Assembly (NCBI GenBank): GCA_040880145.1
Contig: JBBDIZ010000031.1
Coordinates: 1 to 13,185, forward strand
Origin: Simkaniaceae bacterium
GTDB taxonomy: Bacteria; Chlamydiota; Chlamydiia; Chlamydiales; JAJFMI01
DNA: 13,185 bases
Reading direction: 5' to 3'
This document shows positions 8,754-13,185 of this stretch, in pieces. Under the pieces are notes generated by a model. The model saw only the letters and a list, made by a program, of their open reading frames with translations. It did no database searches and was not told where the DNA came from. How positions within the stretch are numbered: position 1 is the first letter of the stretch; each line of letters opens with the position of its first letter. The translations under genes were made by a program, and so were the position numbers.

Positions 8754-11700
8754 TCGGATGAAAAACATCTGGGCAGGGCACAATTGGCGGCGGTGTAATA
8801 GGTGGTGGAATAGGCGCATCCGGACAAGGCGACGGATAGCTTGTTGCCGGTGCACCTGAAATTTGGGGCAACGCCGTAAATGCAACCGTATCGTTTGTAT
8901 TCGTGTCAAAAACATTCCCAATAGTTAGAGAATAGTTCTTGTAAAACGGAGGATAAAAGCTTGCAATATCGGGATCCGTTGGTGAGGTGCGGTACCCTTT
9001 TCCTATGCGATACCAGAGCGATCGCGCCGTTGATGTCGTTATTTTACTTAAAAAAAGCATGACATCTTTTAGCTCCGTATAAAGCGATATTTGATTTACT
9101 GATAGATAAGAGCTATCGGTATTATCCGCTAAAACCGCAACAGCATATCTCATAACGCCGGTCAACATATTATAAGATTCAGCCACACTCTCTAAATTCC
9201 GTCCAGTTGTCATAAAGACTCCAAAATTCAGAGCGCTATCCCCTTCTACGGCATCATTCGCCGTAGCTATAGAACCGGTAAGAGTTGTCGGTGAAATAAA
9301 CTGGACTCCACCTGCAGAACCATGACCCTCCCAAAGATAAAATCCTCTCAAAAAAGGAAAATCTTCATCGATTGTATCATCTAAATAGGGATTGATGGTA
9401 TCCCGCCAAATCATATCGGCAAAATGCCGCATCAAATAAAGGTTTCCATCTGCTCCCAAAATTTCGGTTCGGATGAATCGATCAGAGACTGTCGTTGTAT
9501 GAATGATATCCCAGTTGATCACAATAGCTAAGGCTTGAGCATAATAACCATACTGTAAAATATGGTCGTTGTAGAAGGCATTCCCAAAGTCGACCGCTTG
9601 TCCAGCATTTTGGACATCCATTCCAATATTACTCACGTAGGGAAGAGCGGATGTCGCGGGGTTCATCGTCGGATCCGCTTGACCATTAAAACAAACCCCA
9701 CTATTACTTCCATCTAAAACAAAATAGTTTTGCTGGTTCAATCGGTTTACAATAAAATCATACAGATATCGCTTCACATAAGTGATCAAGGGCTCTGTAC
9801 GAGTCAAAATTGTTGCTGTCGATTCGCCTTTTAACTCGGAATAAATTGAAATCGTTTGGACCGTCATGGCAAGTTGGTAAAGCAATTTCCCGGTTCCATA
9901 TCCATCCGAAAAACCCGATATGGTACCAAAAAGAGGTTGAATCGCTGCTCCTGATGCATTACTTGCCGGCCAAGGCACAGAAGGTGTTCCGGAATCGATG
10001 ATCGGTTGCCACGGCAGATAAGAATCCGAGAGAATCGTTCCTAAATAGTTGTCGATTGTATCGGCCTCAGAATCACTTCCAAATAAATCGGAAAAGGTCG
10101 CCGCTGGAGGAAGGAAATCACCATCTTCCATCCATGATTCCCAATCGTTTTCTAAAAACTTCAGCGTTCCACTGATTGCAGGAGCGCAAAACAAGTTTCC
10201 CTTAGATTGGCTATTATACTTTAAATTAACGACCCCTCCCTCCACATTGAACCATCCCGGAAAAGTGATTAAGGGATCTGTGGTATTTGGACCAATAGGT
10301 GATGCAAGCGATGCTACATCATATTCGAGAGTCATTTCATTGGATGTGATCGAGACGTTTCGAATGGCTGTCGGAATAGCGCTTCGATATTGGTCTAATA
10401 TATTTAACACATTTGTTCCTGTACCATCTATCCCTTCATAAATAGGGCGGCAGAGCTCATTTTGAAAATTTTGGATCGTTTTAACTCCAAGGCCTGATGC
10501 GACAGCGCCTCTAGAAAGCGCGTGCGTAATGCCCATATTGAAAATAAGAGTAAAAAGACTTTCACTTGAGTCTCCTAATGACGAAGGCGCCTTTGGCACA
10601 ACACCACCCCAAGCGTTTGCATTGGTTGTTAAATCAAATAAACATCGATTTGCGATCGAAAAAAGGGTTTGATTTGACGTGAGAAAACTATAGGTCCCAT
10701 CATCCATTGTAATCAGGGGGAGAACGAGCGCTAATGCTTGACCTGAAACTTGCAGTGAAAAAGTCCCCTGAAACTGACCGAGCCATCCGAAATCTGCTTG
10801 AGCCCCATTAGGGGTGGGTACAGGAATGCAAGTTGGACAAGTAGGAAAAACTGAAGGACCTGTGTAGGTCGTACCCGGATTCATCTGAAGAAGAAATTGA
10901 GCAATAAATTCATTACTCCAAAGGTAGGGGAAGAGTGTAAAATAGGTTAATGGCTGAGCGGCAATTGCCTGAACAACAGGATTTGTAAACCAATATTGGT
11001 TCAGCATAATTTGTGTCTGTGTATTGCTTGTATCTTGAATGCATTGATAAATCCCTCCTTCCGGAACAATCGAAGGCCCGCCTGAGGGAGCAATCGAATC
11101 ATCAATAATCAACGGCTCTTCATCAAAAGGTAAAAATGCTGCTCGAATCCATCCTGTATAGGAAGTCTTTGCTGAAAAAAAGATATTTGAACCCCCGACA
11201 GTAAACGTATAATCTTTTGTTGATCCATCAGGTTCTAGATAAATAACCAAGGGATAATCTTGACCGGCATTAAATAATTCGAATATGAATTTACTTCCTG
11301 TGACCTCAAAGGGCGGACCGCTTGTAACTGTACTGCTCACGCCGGCAGCGGTTTCAACCGTCACTGTAATTTCACCATTTGGGATATCCGGCTTGGGACC
11401 ATCTGTAAAAAAAACGGGTGTCAGGTCTTTATAATAGACGTCATGAAAAAGATTGCCCATGACGACATAATCTGTAATATATTTATCTGCATCATCAGGT
11501 GATGCTTTTGGGAGGTAGTAAGTCATTTGAAGACTTTGCCCATAAGGATCTAAAGTTGTGGTTAAACGATCTTCATCAAAACCACTTGAGATGGCTTCAT
11601 TTGCACTATAAACGAGGTTAATTGAGGCATTACTTTGGGATAGCGTCGGGATATTGTACCCTTGAAAGTTATCTGTTGCTTGAATGGAGCCGGCAGATGC

Positions 11701-12093
11701 TGCTCCTCTTCCATACTGGTTCAATGTGATCGCACCACCGGATTGATCTTTTCGTGAATTAATAAAAGAAATTTTTGCCGAACCTGGAAAAACAATTCCA
11801 GGCCCATTTAACCCAACATTTCCGAAGTAGGGACCGAGCAAAAATGAAGAGCGGCTTAAGGGAGATGTCGTTACATTCGTTGGAGAATACCCTCCTAGGG
11901 TGATGGCTTTTGTTTGATAAATTTGTAAATTATTTGTTTGAGGTATTTGGTCTGGATTCGTCCGATTCTCAGGTAAGACATAGAGGTTGGGGCTAGTTTT
12001 TCTTCCAAAAGCGATAGAGGGCATATAGTCATCTGAAATATCTGCAAACAAATGCAGCACACCTAAAAGAAAAAAAGAAATTGAACTTCGCAT
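8737..12093 (-). CDS. Secreted, divergent glycoside hydrolase family 81 (endo-beta-1,3-glucanase-like) protein, 1118 aa
   Basis: Sec-type signal peptide (MRSSISFFLLGVLHLFA/D). Colinear GH81 motifs: VMGNLFHDVYYKDLTP, YTGWIRAAFLP, ILDQYRSAIPT, YGTGKLLYQLA, DFGNAFYNDHILQYGYY (9591-9541), FPFLRGFYLWEGHGSAGG and GRNLESVAESYN (9204-9169). Confidence 0.85.
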   Translation of the reverse strand: MRSSISFFLLGVLHLFADISDDYMPSIAFGRKTSPNLYVLPENRTNPDQIPQTNNLQIYQTKAITLGGYSPTNVTTSPLSRSSFLLGPYFGNVGLNGPGIVFPGSAKISFINSRKDQSGGAITLNQYGRGAASAGSIQATDNFQGYNIPTLSQSNASINLVYSANEAISSGFDEDRLTTTLDPYGQSLQMTYYLPKASPDDADKYITDYVVMGNLFHDVYYKDLTPVFFTDGPKPDIPNGEITVTVETAAGVSSTVTSGPPFEVTGSKFIFELFNAGQDYPLVIYLEPDGSTKDYTFTVGGSNIFFSAKTSYTGWIRAAFLPFDEEPLIIDDSIAPSGGPSIVPEGGIYQCIQDTSNTQTQIMLNQYWFTNPVVQAIAAQPLTYFTLFPYLWSNEFIAQFLLQMNPGTTYTGPSVFPTCPTCIPVPTPNGAQADFGWLGQFQGTFSLQVSGQALALVLPLITMDDGTYSFLTSNQTLFSIANRCLFDLTTNANAWGGVVPKAPSSLGDSSESLFTLIFNMGITHALSRGAVASGLGVKTIQNFQNELCRPIYEGIDGTGTNVLNILDQYRSAIPTAIRNVSITSNEMTLEYDVASLASPIGPNTTDPLITFPGWFNVEGGVVNLKYNSQSKGNLFCAPAISGTLKFLENDWESWMEDGDFLPPAATFSDLFGSDSEADTIDNYLGTILSDSYLPWQPIIDSGTPSVPWPASNASGAAIQPLFGTISGFSDGYGTGKLLYQLAMTVQTISIYSELKGESTATILTRTEPLITYVKRYLYDFIVNRLNQQNYFVLDGSNSGVCFNGQADPTMNPATSALPYVSNIGMDVQNAGQAVDFGNAFYNDHILQYGYYAQALAIVINWDIIHTTTVSDRFIRTEILGADGNLYLMRHFADMIWRDTINPYLDDTIDEDFPFLRGFYLWEGHGSAGGVQFISPTTLTGSIATANDAVEGDSALNFGVFMTTGRNLESVAESYNMLTGVMRYAVAVLADNTDSSYLSVNQISLYTELKDVMLFLSKITTSTARSLWYRIGKGYRTSPTDPDIASFYPPFYKNYSLTIGNVFDTNTNDTVAFTALPQISGAPATSYPSPCPDAPIPPPITPPPIVPCPDVFHPIIPTP

Positions 12094-13185
12094 TATGACT
12101 CTCCAAAGGCTTCTATTATTTTATGAAAGGTTTCACTATTTAAAATTTCTGGACGGGCCACATTTTCCCATCTTAAATAAATTTGCTCTTTCCAATAATC
12201 GGGAAGAGCTGACTTGTTTAGCTGCTCTTTAAAAGCAAAAATGAGCTGAGCATATTCTCTCAGTTCTTTTTTAAAGGATGAGGATTTTAATATTTGAATA
12301 CTATCCTGATCCCCTTTTTCTTTTAAAAGCCTTGCGAGCAAAACCTTTCGTTTAATTGCTAGTGGTTTTAATGCTCGAAACTCAGCCTCTAATTGATTTT
12401 TTTCCTCAAAATAAGATAGGGCCCTATCGAAGTGTTCCCTAGGCATATTTTTTGGTTTCAAAAAGTTGGCAAGATGATTTAAGACCGTTTGTTGATCAGC
12501 CTTTGGCAAGCCGCTTGCCTTTACAAAAGAGCTAAACTGACTCAAGACCTGCATATCTTTTAGAGCGAAAAGAGTGGGATCAAAGTCTTTAGATTGCTTT
12601 GTATAAGCAACTTGAAGCTTCACTCTGATATGATGCGCACGCATTTTCAATTCTTTTAATGTTTTATGAACGAATTTTTTTTCTTTACCCGTGGCTTTTC
12701 GCCATTCTTGATGACTCATTTCTTTAGGGCGAAGAATATTATCAAGGCGCTCTTGAATTGCACTAATTTGTTGATGACTTAAGTTTGCATGGGTAAGCCG
12801 GCTTTTAAATTCTTCAATCTTTACCAAAAATTGTCGACTCTCATCACTGATCTTAGAGCCCGTACTTAGATCTTTATGAAGAGTTTCTAGATGAACAGCT
12901 ATCATTCCTTTGATCTCTGCCCAATGCTCTTGGAGAGTTCGGCTTGAATCAACCTCGCTTCTCTTTTTCTTTTCAATTTCCTCAGACAACTTTGAAAGTG
13001 AAAGAAGGTCCTCTTCCTCCTGGGCTGTCATAGGCTCCCCCTCTTGATCTCCAAACTCGTAATGTTGGATAGAGATGGGGGATTCTGGAATATAAATAGG
13101 ACCTGCCGAAAAATTCTGAACCACAGGAGCAGGCGTTGGTGCTGGCGTTGGTGCTGGGCCTGGTGCCGGTGCTGGCGTTGGTGCT
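12093..13185 (-). CDS. Hypothetical protein, 5'-partial: (A/T-P)n linker followed by a charged helical region with three internal repeats
   Basis: The frame of the listed 12093..13124 ORF has no stop up to the window edge (reads APTPAPAPGPAPTPAPTPAP before the listed GTG), so the true start is outside the window. TAA overlaps the GH81 ATG (TAATG, 12095-12091). Confidence 0.85.
   Translation of the reverse strand, partial: APTPAPAPGPAPTPAPTPAPVVQNFSAGPIYIPESPISIQHYEFGDQEGEPMTAQEEEDLLSLSKLSEEIEKKKRSEVDSSRTLQEHWAEIKGMIAVHLETLHKDLSTGSKISDESRQFLVKIEEFKSRLTHANLSHQQISAIQERLDNILRPKEMSHQEWRKATGKEKKFVHKTLKELKMRAHHIRVKLQVAYTKQSKDFDPTLFALKDMQVLSQFSSFVKASGLPKADQQTVLNHLANFLKPKNMPREHFDRALSYFEEKNQLEAEFRALKPLAIKRKVLLARLLKEKGDQDSIQILKSSSFKKELREYAQLIFAFKEQLNKSALPDYWKEQIYLRWENVARPEILNSETFHKIIEAFGES
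13125..13185 (-). repeat. Coding low-complexity tandem repeat (12-bp unit GCTGGCGTTGGT on the + strand, 6-bp sub-period) encoding a Pro-Thr/Ala linker
   Basis: Exact units at 13141-13152 and 13171-13182, a 1-mismatch unit at 13129-13140, and variants between; truncated by the window edge. Confidence 0.9.

Noticed and set aside
7883..10441. Short ORFs overlapping the DMT and GH81-like genes
   Set aside because: Nested or antisense shadows without independent support.

Overview
AT-rich bacterial window that is very likely from a non-Chlamydiaceae (environmental) member of Chlamydiota. The basis is the chlamydial-type RNase Z, Lon and DnaJ, and the lon / tsaB-rpsU-dnaJ order recalled from Chlamydia. 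The left two-thirds is mostly housekeeping: a tightly overlapping minus-strand block lon-(HldC/RfaE-II-like nucleotidyltransferase)-(rhomboid)-rnz, divergent from tsaB-rpsU-dnaJ-(DMT transporter). Regulatory signals read from the sequence are a good sigma66/70-type promoter before rpsU, a CIRCE-like (HrcA) inverted repeat overlapping an extended -10 promoter just before dnaJ, and an 11-bp motif repeated three times between lon and tsaB. The right third is accessory and the most interesting part. It holds a 1118-aa signal-peptide protein that is a strongly remodelled GH81 (endo-beta-1,3-glucanase) family member with a ~240-aa insertion and a Pro-rich, apparently shortened C-terminus. This gene overlaps (TAATG) an upstream gene that runs off the window and has an (A/T-P)n linker followed by three ~90-100-aa helical repeats. 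All family assignments come from motif recognition by eye; no searches were run.
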